The translations under genes were made by a program, and so were the position numbers. The notes beneath the pieces were generated by a model. It searched no databases. It saw only the letters and a program-made list of their open reading frames with translations, and was not told where the DNA came from. 64,000 nucleotides of DNA from the human T2T-CHM13v2.0 reference genome, Homo sapiens: NCBI RefSeq assembly GCF_009914755.1, contig NC_060936.1; one strand, given 5' to 3'. Below are positions 53,266 to 64,000 of this stretch, piece by piece (position 1 is the stretch's first letter; the number at the start of each line of letters is the position of its first letter).

Positions 53266-54924
53266 GAGATGTGTAGGAGCAAAGGGAAAGCTGCCCCCTT
53301 TTCCTCTGAAGGGGCTCCCACTTGGTCACAAGTCAGGCTCTCAACGACATAAGACAAGACGAGAGGGGGACTTCATCCAGTTTTTATTTTGGGTACTCAG
53401 TGGTTTTTCTAAATAGACACCAGACTGATCAGTACCACAAAACTGACCAGTCTGCAAGGCTGAATTGAACAGCAGGCTTTAGGGGTTTTAGGCATATATT
53501 CTACGCTATGGTACCCACTTTATGGCATGAGAACACAGAAAGACAAAGACAAAGGAAAACAGGATTTCTGGGAGGAAAAAGGACCAGACAACATGAATAT
53601 TCGTTCAAAAAGTACACCAGAGTTGCCATACCCAGGACTAGTCACACAAATACTTTTCTCCCATTAATCAAGATTTGGGAGAGAAAAAGGCAGTGTTTTT
53701 TTTTTTTACCATTTGCTCAACCAGATTCCACAGAAAGAGAGATTGAGAGCCTGGCTGGTAAAAATTTCTTACCCTTCTTCTGACTTGTGAGGTCCTGAGT
53801 TCTTTTCATGGCAGCTTCCAGAGGAGCAGAGCGGCATTGATGTGCTGCTCACAGTGCCAAAACGGTAGGGGAAGTTTGCTGAAAATTAACTGAAGAAAGG
53901 CAGATTAATAGAAGAAAAGGCATACAAATTTTATTAATATGCATGGAAGGGGAGTGGGGGAAGAGGGAATCATAGAGTGATTAGCCCAGCCCTGAAATGG
54001 GATACAAAAGTTTATATACCCTCGATATGATTTGGATTTGTGTCCCTGCCCAAATCTCATGTTGAATTGGTGGAGGGGCCTGGCAGGAATGATTGGATCA
54101 TGGGGGTTGTTCTCATGATAGTGAGTGAGTTCTCACAAGATCTGATGGTTTAAAAGCATGTGGCACTTTCCCTTCACTCTCTCTCTCCTGCTCCGCCATG
54201 GTAAGCTGTGCTTGCTTTCCCTTCACCTTCTGCCATGATTCTAAGCTCCTGAGGCCTCCCACCCATGCTTCCTGCACAGCCTGCAAAACTGTAAGTCAAT
54301 TACACCTCTATTCTTCATAATTACCAGTTTCAGGTAGTTCTTCATAGCAGTGTGAGAATGGATTAATACAGAAAACTGATACCAGAAGTGGGGCATTGCT
54401 ATAAAGATACCTGAAAATGTGGAAGCAATTTTGGAACTGGGTAATGGGCAGAGGTTGGAACAGTTTGGAGGGCTCAGAAGAAGACAGGAAGGTGTGGGAA
54501 AGTTTGGAACTTCCCCCTGAATGGTTTTGACCAAGATGCTGATAGTGACATGGACAATGAAGTCCAGGCTGAGGTGGTCTCAGATGGAGATGAGGAACTT
54601 ATTGGGAACTGGAGTAAAAGTCATTCTTGCTATGCTTTAGCAAAGAGACTGACAGCATTTTGCCCCAGCCCTAGAGATCTGTGGCACTTTGAACTTGAGA
54701 GAGATGATTTAGGTTATCTGGTGGAAGATATTTGTAAGCAGCAAAGCATTCAAGAGGTGACCTGACCTGGCTGCTCCTAACAGTGTACAGTTGCATGTGT
54801 TCACAAAGTGATTATCTGAAATCAGAACTTATGTTTAAAAGGGAAGCAGAACATAAAAGTTTGGAAAATTTGCAGCCTGACCATGTGGTAGAAAAGAAAA
54901 ACCTATTTTCTGGGAAGAAATTCA

Positions 54925-55233
<309 letters not shown>

Positions 55234-55995
55234 TCAAGCCAGCTGCAGAAATTTACATAAGTAAAGCGGATTTGAATGTTAATAACCAAGACAATGGGGA
55301 AAATGTCTCCAGGACATGTCAGAGATCTTTGTGGCAGCCCCTCCCATCATAGGCATGGAGGCCTTGGAGGGAAAATGGTTTCATGGGCCAGGCCCAGGGC
55401 CTCTGCTGCTCTGGGCAGCATCAGGACATGGCACCCTGCCTCCCAGCCGCTCCAGCTCCAGCTGTGGCTAAAAGGAGCCAAGGTACAGCTCAGGCTGTTG
55501 CTTCAGAGGGTTCAAGCCCCAAGTGTTGGTGGCTTCCATGCGGTGTTGGGTCTGCAGGTGTGCAGAAGGCAAGAGCTGAGGCTTGGAAGCCTTCACCTAG
55601 ATTTTAGAGGATGTATGGAAATGCCTGGATGTCCAGGCAGAAGTCTGCTGCATGGGCAGAGCCCTCATGAAAAACCTCTACTAGGGCATTGTGGAGGGGA
55701 AATATGGGGTTGGAGCCCCAACAGAGTCCCCACTGGGGAGCTGCCTAGTGGAGCTGTGAGAAGAAGGCCACCATTCTCCAGACCCTAGAATAGTAGATCC
55801 ACTGACAGCTTGCACTGTGCACCTGGAAAAGTAGTAGGCACTCAACACCAGCCCATGAAAGAAGCCAAAGGGGCTGTACCCTGCAGAGCCACAGGGGCAG
55901 AGCTGTCCAAAGCCTTAGGAGCCCACTGCTTGTATCAGCATGCTCTGAATGTGAGACGTGGAGTCAAAGGAGATTATTTTGGAGCTTTAAGATTT

Positions 55996-56303
55996 GGCTG
56001 GGTGTGGTAGCTCACACCTGTAATCCTAGCACTTTGGGAGACTGCGACAAGAGGATTGCTTGAGGCCAGGAGTTTGAGACCAGCCTGGGTAACATGGCAA
56101 AACCCCATCTCTACCAAAAAAGAAAAAAATACACACACACAAATTAGCTGGGCATGGTGGTACATTCCTGTGGTCCCAGCTACTTGGGAGGCTGAGGAGG
56201 GAGGGTGGTTTGAGCCAGGAGGCGGAGGATGCAGTGAGCTGAGATCATACCCCTGCACTCCAGCCTGGGCAATGGAGCCAGACCCCATCTCAAAAAAATA
56301 AAA
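55996..56303 (+). mobile_element. Alu within the MST internal region
   Basis: TSD AAGATT. Confidence 0.9.
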
Positions 56304-56499
56304 AGATTCAATGACTGCCCTATTGTGTTTCAAACTTGCATGGGGCCTGTAGCCCCTTTGTTTTGGCCAATCTCTCCCATTTGGAATGGAAGCATTTACT
56401 CAATGCCAGTACCTCCATTGTATCTTGGAAGTAACTAAATTGTTTTTGAATTCACAGGCTCATAGGCAGAAGGGACTTGCCTTGTCTCAAATGAGACTT

Positions 56500-57334
56500 T
56501 GTCAGAGGCATGTGAACCAGAACAACTCCATCTTGAATAGGAGCTGGGTACAATGAGGCTGAAACCTACTGGGCTGAATTCCCAGACCATTAAGGCATTC
56601 TAAGTCACAGGATGAGATAGGAGGTCGGCAAAAGATACAAGTCATGAAGACCTTGCTGATATAACAGCCTGCAGGAAAGAAGCCAGCTAAATCCTACCAA
56701 AACCAAAATGGCCATGAGAGTGACCTCTGGTCGTCCTCACTGCTACATTCCCACCAGTGCCATGACAGTTTACAAATGCCATGGCAACGTCAGGAAGTTA
56801 CCCTATATGGCCTACAAAGGGGAGGCATGAATAATCCATAATCCACCCCTTGTTCAGCATATCATCAAGAAATAACCATAAAAACAGGCAACCAGCAGCC
56901 CTGTGGCTGCCCTGTCTATGAAGTAGCCATTCTTTTATTCTTTTACTTTCTTTTTTTTTTTTTTTTTTTTTGAGACGGAGTCTTGCTCCGTCACCCAGGC
57001 TGGAGTGCACGGGCACGATCTCGGCTTACTGCAAGCTCTGCCTCCCAGGTTCACGCCATTCTTCTGCCTCAGCCTCCTGAGTAGCTGGGACTACAGGTAC
57101 CCGCCACCATGCCCGGCTAATTTTTTGTATTTTTAGTAGAGACAGGGTTTCACCATGTTAGCCAGGATGGTCTCGATCTCCTGACCTCATGATCCACCTG
57201 CCTCAGCCTCCCAAAGTGTACTTTCTTAATAAACTTGCTTTCACTTTGCACTGCACACTCGCCCTGAATTCTTTCTTGAGCGAGATCCAAGAACCCTCTC
57301 TTGGGATCTGGATCGGGACCCCTTTCCTGTAACA
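56500..57334 (+). mobile_element. MER41A-like solo LTR
   Basis: TGTCAGAGGC..GAACCAG..CAACTCCATCTTGAATAGG ... CCTGTAACA; 4-bp TSD ACTT. Confidence 0.88.
56951..57218 (-). mobile_element. 5'-truncated AluY within MER41
   Basis: Y diagnostics; TSD TACTTTC. Confidence 0.9.
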
Positions 57335-58061
57335 ACTTTGGACTTGGACTTTTGAGTAAATGCTGGGATGAGTTAAGACTTTGGGGGATTGCTGAGAAGG
57401 GATAATTGTATTTTGCAATGTGAGAAAGACATGAGACTTGGGAGGGCCGGGGTGGAATGACACAGTTTGGATTTGTACCCCCACCCAAATCTCATGTTGA
57501 ATTGGAGGAGGGGCCTCATGGGAGGTGATTGGATCATGGGGGCTGTTCTCGTGATAGTGAGTGAGTTCTCACAAGATCTGATGGTTTAAAAGTGTGTGGC
57601 ACTTTTCCCTTCACTCTCTGCTGCTCTGCCATGGTAAGATGTGTTTGCTTTCCATTTACCTTCTGCCATGATTGTAAGTTTCCTGAGGCCTCCCACCCAT
57701 GCTTCCTGTACAGCCTGTGGAACTGTGATTCAATTAAACCTCTTTTCTTCATAATTACCCAGTCTCAGGTAGTTCTTTATAGCAGTCTGAGAATGGATAC
57801 AACCCTTCTTTACAGGGGAGAGAGAAGATGGGGAATGTAAGCAATTCTTTTGAGGGGCAGTAAATGATTAGGGAGAATGAATAGACAAGGCAGACACATT
57901 AACTTGTAAATGATTCTCTTTGCAATTTGAATGAGCAGGAAAGGCAGGCATTATCTTGTGAAAAATTCCATCCAAGCATGATTGCATTCTTCAGTCTTCT
58001 TCTCTGCCATAGATCATGATATTTCAGGGATGGGATACAAACTCTTGGTAAGAAGTTTTCT

Positions 58062-59119
58062 TGGCCAGGCACAGTGGCTCATGCCTGTAATCCTAGCACA
58101 TTGGGAAGCTGAGGCAGGAGGACTGCTTGAGCCCAGGAGTTTGAGACTAGCCTGGGCAACAGGGGGAGACCCCATCGCCAGTAAAAATTTAAAAATTAGC
58201 CCGGCGTGGTGGTGCACACCTATGGTCCCAACTACTTGGGAGGTTGACGTGGGAGGTATCATCCAAAAAAGTATCAGAGATAAGTCTCAATTAATTTAGG
58301 AGTTTATTTTGACAAGGTTAAGGACATTCCTGTGACACAGCCTCAGGAGGTCCTAACGACATGTGCCCAAGGTAGTCAGGTACAGCTTGCTTTTAAACAT
58401 TTTAGGGAAACATGAGACATCAATAATTATGTGTAAGATGTGCATTGGTTGGGTCCAGTAAGGCGGGACAACTCGAAGGGTGCCGAGGTGGGGGTCTTTC
58501 AGGTCAGAAATAGATAAGAGAAAAAAGGTTGCATTCTTTTGAGTCCTACATCCGCCTTCCATTGAATACACAATTTAGTCTGGCTCAGTACACCTGCATT
58601 TTTACATACACTGTAGGGCAGAGGAGGCAATCGAATACACATTTGTCTCAGGTGAGCCTCAGAAAGATGACTTTGAGTCATGTCTGTCCTTTGTCCACAA
58701 GGAAATTCCTTGTGGGCAAATTGTGAGGGGGATATGTAATTTTGATCTTTGTAGCTACCTTATTTAGAAATAAAATGGGAGGCAGAATTGCCTGACATAG
58801 TCTCCAGCTTGACTTTTCCCTTGACTTCATGATTTGGGGGTCCTGAAATTTATTTTTCTTTCACAACGGTAGTGAGGCATGTCTGACTCCCCCTTCCCAT
58901 CATGGCCTGAACTAGTTTTTCAGGTTAACTTTGGAATGCCCTTGGCTGAGAGGAGGGGTCCATGCAGATGGCTGGGGGTAGAGAAGACTTAGCTTTATTT
59001 TTGTTTCACAGAGGACTGCTTGAGCCCCAGAATTTGAGGCTTCAGTGAGCTGTGATGGCACCACTGTACTTGATCCTGGACGACAGAGCAAAACCCTGTC
59101 TCAAAAAAAAAAAAAAAAA
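58062..59119 (+). mobile_element. AluJ split by MER4-family LTR sequence (~58258-59010, minus strand)
   Basis: Alu halves joined across a 4-bp duplication GAGG; MER4 motif GACACAGCCTCAGGAGGTCCT. Confidence 0.8.
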
Positions 59120-59552
59120 GCTTTCTTGGTGAGACAAGGAAATTCCAGAGAGAGTCTTCCCCTATGCTTGGGGTTGAGCGGAGGAACACGACAAGGTTAG
59201 AGGTACCTTGATTCTGAGGCTTGTTTTCTTTTAATTCTCAAAAGCACTCCGTATGCTCAAACACCATATTTTGGGGAATCGTTTTCTGTGACCCAACAGA
59301 TGAAAAAAAAAAAAACATTTCAAGAAGGAGAAGAGGTGGATCAGAGATGTGAGAGGGAAAGTAGAGGGTCCTTGTTGCCTCTTACTAAAGACTCAGTGGG
59401 CTGATTGTGGCCAGTGGTCAGGCAGATGGCTAGACAACAGCAGGTACATTGGCATTCCCCACAGGAGAAAGAGGAAAATACAGAGGTGGCAGAAACCTGA
59501 GGGGTCACCAGCCTCAGCCTCACTCTCTATTGCCAAGTGGGCCCCTTATTCA

Positions 59553-60087
<535 letters not shown>

Positions 60088-60299
60088 CTACTCCTTGGTG
60101 CCTCTTGGCACCTAATTGGCTTGCAAAGCTCAGCTGTGGGGTCCGTTCCTGCGAGAAGCCAGCAGGACTCCCCATGGAAGGTTTCCCCCAGGCTGGGCCC
60201 CTCTGACTTGTGAGACTTCCAGCAGCACTTTTATCTACAGTATTGGAGGGGTCTGATGAAGCCTCTGGGTTCCCCTCCTGGACTGAAGACAGGTTCTGA

Positions 60300-61020
60300 T
60301 ATAATTGCCGGACGGGTTCTCCTTGCCCGTTGCCCAGAGCTGATTCATCAAGACAGGGGAATTGCAATGGAGATTTTAATTCATGCAGAGCCGGCTGAAT
60401 GAGATACCAGAGTTTTATCACTCAAATAAGTCTCCCCGATAATTCAGAGACTGGGGTTTTTTAAGGATAATTCGGCTGGTAGGTATCAGGCAGTGGGGAG
60501 TGCTGATTGGTCAGGTTGGAGATGAAATCATAGGGGGGTCTAAGTGGGTTCTTCTTGCTGTTTTCTGTTCCTGGGTGGGATTGCAGAACTGGCTGAGCCA
60601 GATAACTGGTCTAGGTACTGCCAGCTGGTGCCTCAGAATGCAGGGTCTGAAAAATATCCCCAGCACCGATCTTAGATTTTACAATAGTGATGTTATCCCT
60701 TGGAGCAATAGGGAAGGTTTGGAATCTTGTGACCTCTGTCTGGATGACTCCTAAACCATAATTTCTAATCTTGTGGCTAATTTGTTAGTCTTACAAAGGC
60801 AGTCTGGTCCCCAGGCAAGAAGGGGGTTTGTTTTGGGGAAGGGCTGTTATCTTTGCTTCGAAGTTCAACTATAAACTAAATTCCTTCCAAAGTTAGTTTG
60901 GCCTATACCCAGGAATGAACAAGGGCAGTTCGGAGGTTAGAAGCAAGACGGAACTGGGTAAGTCAGATCTCTTTCACTGTCATAATTTTCTCACTTACAA
61001 TTTTTGCAAAGGCAGTTTCT
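60300..61020 (-). mobile_element. LTR8-like solo LTR (ERV1)
   Basis: Minus-strand start GAAACTGCCTTTGCAAAAATT...TCTTGCTTCTAACCTCC. Confidence 0.85.
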
Positions 61021-61189
61021 CCGAATGCTCCGCATGTGTGTACCCTCAGCGACTACACAGCTCCTGTACTATAAAGAATATTTCAGAATGGCTTCGGTAG
61101 CCTGCAGCACCTTCCTCCTCTCGCAGCAGAGAAGTGTTTTGCTCTGGAAACTTGACTGGAGCCTTTCCCAGCCTATCTAGCGAACAGCA

Positions 61190-61820
61190 GAGCATCATCC
61201 CGACTCCGCGGACTACCGCGGCCCAACAGCAAGGGTCGCGGCTCCCCGGCGCTCTCTGCCGCCCTCTACCGGAACCGAGGGAGCCAGACAGCTGCGATAT
61301 TGGGAAGGCCTCCGGAGCCGCGAAGAGCGCACGCGCGAGCGCGCGCCCGCGTTCTCCTGGCGGGCTTGGTATTTGGCGCCTGCGCGCTGAGTGCGTGCCG
61401 CTCCGCCGACCGAAGAGGCTGGTAAGTCCTCAAGCTGGCAGGTGGTCGGGGGAGCGGCCGGAGAGGAGCTGCCGGGAGTTCGTGCCCTGCAGGTCTGCGA
61501 CGCTGGCGTTCGCTCCTGCCTGGGCCACTTTGGTGGGCTCAGAGCATCGCTTTTTGCCAAGGGGCGTGACCTGAGCCCGCCTCCTGGGGCTGGGGGGTGG
61601 AGAGGAATGGGAATCGTTAAGGCCGGTTATCAATTTGGTGCCTGTTTGTTGCTCGAGGAGGGGCATAGAGCTTACAAATAGTGAAGAGGAAGGGGCGAGG
61701 CTGGACCAGGTGGGAGCGGGGGTACCCCAAGTCCCAGGGCGGTGAGGATCGAGGCAGGTGCGTGAAAGGCAGGCCCCGTTCCCCCTCCCCACCCCCGCCG
61801 GCTGTGTGTGGCGGGTAAGA
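61190..61820 (+). promoter_or_regulatory. TMEM106C: TMEM106C CpG-island promoter with E2F-like TTTGGCGC (61372-61379), NRF1-like GCGCCTGCGC (61376-61385) and ETS-like CCGGAA (61269)
   Basis: CpG-dense, motifs visible, directly upstream of the coding exons. Confidence 0.85.
61350..61492 (+). other. TMEM106C: TMEM106C non-coding exon 1 (alternative donors CTG|GTAAGT at 61421 and CAG|GTCTGC at 61492; TSS approximate)
   Basis: Donor motifs within the CpG island; exon 2 acceptor TCTTAG|GACATG at 61996/61997. Confidence 0.65.
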
Positions 61821-62024
61821 GGAGAGTGGGTAGCACTACTACAAAATGAGGGTCCCGATAGAAATCGTACAGGTGTTGGGACCACACTCAGGGCGGCAAC
61901 TTGTCATTTTTGCGTTTTTAATTTTCTTATAGAAACAAGCGATTTCTGTCGTGATTCACTGGGGCCGCTAACGTGCACTCCCTCTTTTCATCTTAGGACA
62001 TGACACCAGTGGCATATCACGGCC

Positions 62025-62211
62025 ATGGGGTCTCAGCATTCCGCTGCTGCTCGCCCCTCCTCCTGCAGGCGAAAGCAAGAAGATGACAGGGACGGTTTGC
62101 TGGCTGAACGAGAGCAGGAAGAAGCCATTGCTCAGTTCCCATATGTGGAATTCACCGGGAGAGATAGCATCACCTGTCTCACGTGCCAGGGGACAGGCTA
62201 CATTCCAACAG
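62025..62211 (+). CDS. TMEM106C: TMEM106C coding exon 2 (MGSQHS...[12 protein letters not shown]), with N-myristoylation-type start and CxxCxGxG motif
   Basis: Translation matches the TMEM106C N-terminus; GCCATGG Kozak; donor ACAG|GTGATC. Confidence 0.97.
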
Positions 62212-63069
62212 GTGATCATGGAGGGATGATTCCCTGATGAGAATCCCAAGGTACCCTCGGAGTTCTCCTGTCTGCCCAGACAAATTTTCTTCTAGGCAGT
62301 AATACCATAATAGAGACAGTGCCCTGGACAGGAGCCAGCTCAACTGACTTAATACACTTGGGCAGTTCTGCAACTTCTCTTCCTCTCCTTATTTTTCCAA
62401 CCCTTTCTTTTCTTTACCGCCACTCTTGTTCTTTTCCTGAGGTTTGGAACATTCAGTTCGCTCTGTGTTGTGGGATTTGTTGACAGGCACATTTCTTTAT
62501 CGCTGTCACAAGGATTGGGACAGCTTTGCGGGGGAACCATCTTGGAAGCTGCTTTTCAAGGAAATGGGTAGCTAATCCTTAACAGCCTAAGGTCAGAAAA
62601 ATATATCAGGTCAAGAGAGAGAGACAAATACTTAGCCTTGGTACAGGATCATCTATTACTATTAACAAATTGGCCCTCAGAAAGTCTTTAACAGTTTAGC
62701 TGGAGAGTCACAGAAATTTAGAGCTGGTTAGGACCTTCAAAATCATTTACTCCAAAGCTTCCATATGAAAGGCAAGGAAACCATGGCCTTGAGAGATTCG
62801 ACGACTCTGCCAAGCCCATGCAGTAAAGCCAGAACAGGATCCCAGGTTTTTCAACTTCCACATCACTACCCTGGCAGCACTGATAGATGTTTTATAATTT
62901 GTGGCACTCTCTTGTTTCTTGTTCATTAGACCCAACATGTGAATTTCACTAGTATTTTTTAAAATGTCTCATTCCAGAAGAATATTTGTTGTGGCAGGCT
63001 CAAGTGAGACGTGAAGGAAGTACTGCCAACACATGGGATTTACAAAATAATTGTTTGGCTCTTTTCTAG

Positions 63070-63133
63070 AGCAAGTAAATGAGTTGGTGGCTTTGATCCC
63101 ACACAGTGATCAGAGATTGCGCCCTCAGCGAAC
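63070..63133 (+). CDS. TMEM106C: TMEM106C coding exon 3 (EQVNELVALIPHSDQRLRPQR)
   Basis: TTCTAG| acceptor, AAC|GTGAGT donor, phases consistent, conserved TMEM106 motif. Confidence 0.97.
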
Positions 63134-63625
63134 GTGAGTTACCTGCTTCTCACCTGTTAATACCTACTTCTGTCCCTAATCTCTTTCTGTATGTATGAAT
63201 GCCAGTTAATTCTTTGAAAACTACACATGTTCTTATAAGTTCCCCATTTTCCTTATAACTGTTTGCCCAAGCAAGATATCTCTGCCCCCATCACAATCTG
63301 GGGAAAGAAACTTGAAGCTGGAAATGCTTTGAAGGTCAAGGAATGGAATCAGAAGAAACTGGGAAAGTGGAGTGTTCTGGGAGGTGTGGGACTGTCTCTG
63401 TCCACATAGCTCCTTTCTTCAGCTTTTCTTCCCAGAGTGCAAACAGTGTTTAAAGGAGTTTTAAAAGGTTTCTCCTGCTTCACTGCTTCTTAACTGGTTT
63501 ATGGTTCCTGGCTCTTGGAACTTCCCTTTCAACTCCCTTCTCTTTCCTGGTTTTGTGTTTAATCTTGACACATTGAACCTTGATATCTGACTGCCTGGGT
63601 CGGTCATGTGCTGTGTCATTTGCAG

Positions 63626-63785
63626 TAAGCAATATGTCCTCCTGTCCATCCTGCTTTGTCTCCTGGCATCTGGTTTGGTGGTTTTCTTCCTGTTTCCGCA
63701 TTCAGTCCTTGTGGATGATGACGGCATCAAAGTGGTGAAAGTCACATTTAATAAGCAAGACTCCCTTGTAATTCTCACCATCATG
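63626..63785 (+). CDS. TMEM106C: TMEM106C coding exon 4 (transmembrane helix and start of the luminal domain)
   Basis: TGCAG| acceptor, ATG|GTAAGC donor; KQYVLLSILLCLLASGLVVFFLFPHS... Confidence 0.97.
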
Positions 63786-63876
63786 GTAAGCCTTAGGGTT
63801 TCATTCCCTGGGTTGTGCACCTGCCAGGCTGGGACCCAGGACACTTACACTTGTTTCCTGACTTGCCCTGATGTAG

Positions 63877-64000
63877 GCCACCCTGAAAATCAGGAACTCC
63901 AACTTCTACACGGTGGCAGTGACCAGCCTGTCCAGCCAGATTCAGTACATGAACACAGTGGTCAGTACATATGTGACTACTAACGTCTTCCTTATTCCAC
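63877..64000 (+). CDS. TMEM106C: TMEM106C coding exon 5, partial (ATLKIRNSNFY...NVFLIP)
   Basis: TGTAG| acceptor, in frame; runs off the window end. Confidence 0.95.

Noticed and set aside
56500-57334. MER41 as an interferon-inducible STAT1 enhancer
   Set aside because: It reads GGGGAGGCATGAATAATCC without the tandem GAS segment, i.e. the MER41A-type deletion as I recall it

Overview
Human genomic DNA from the VDR-TMEM106C interval on chr12q13.11, identified by recognising the sequence rather than by a database search. The minus strand carries the 5' end of the vitamin D receptor gene: distal exon 1f (40647-40853), exon 1e (4260-4416), the CpG-island promoter with exon 1a (2359-2435), and exon 1d, which encodes the VDRB1 N-terminal extension. 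The plus strand carries the TMEM106C promoter, exon 1 and coding exons 2-5, with exon 5 cut by the window end. The rest is mostly Alu, L1, L2, MIR, MaLR/ERV LTRs and hAT MITEs, including a 6-kb nested transposon stack (53272-59298). Almost all ORF-track entries are spurious. I cannot support a new protein-coding gene or a wholly new system. The best leads are regulatory or structural: (i) an ~18-bp minisatellite whose last unit supplies the exon 1f splice donor and which holds ten CACCTG/CAG|GT units; (ii) a very recent 391-bp tandem duplication in the 1f intron; (iii) a 32-bp fold-back hairpin at a local duplication breakpoint; (iv) uORFs in VDR exon 1e and TMEM106C exon 2; (v) a TMEM106C Phe175 allele that removes the N173 glycosylation sequon, suggesting a non-reference haplotype. 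Repeat boundaries and subfamily names were judged by eye and are approximate.
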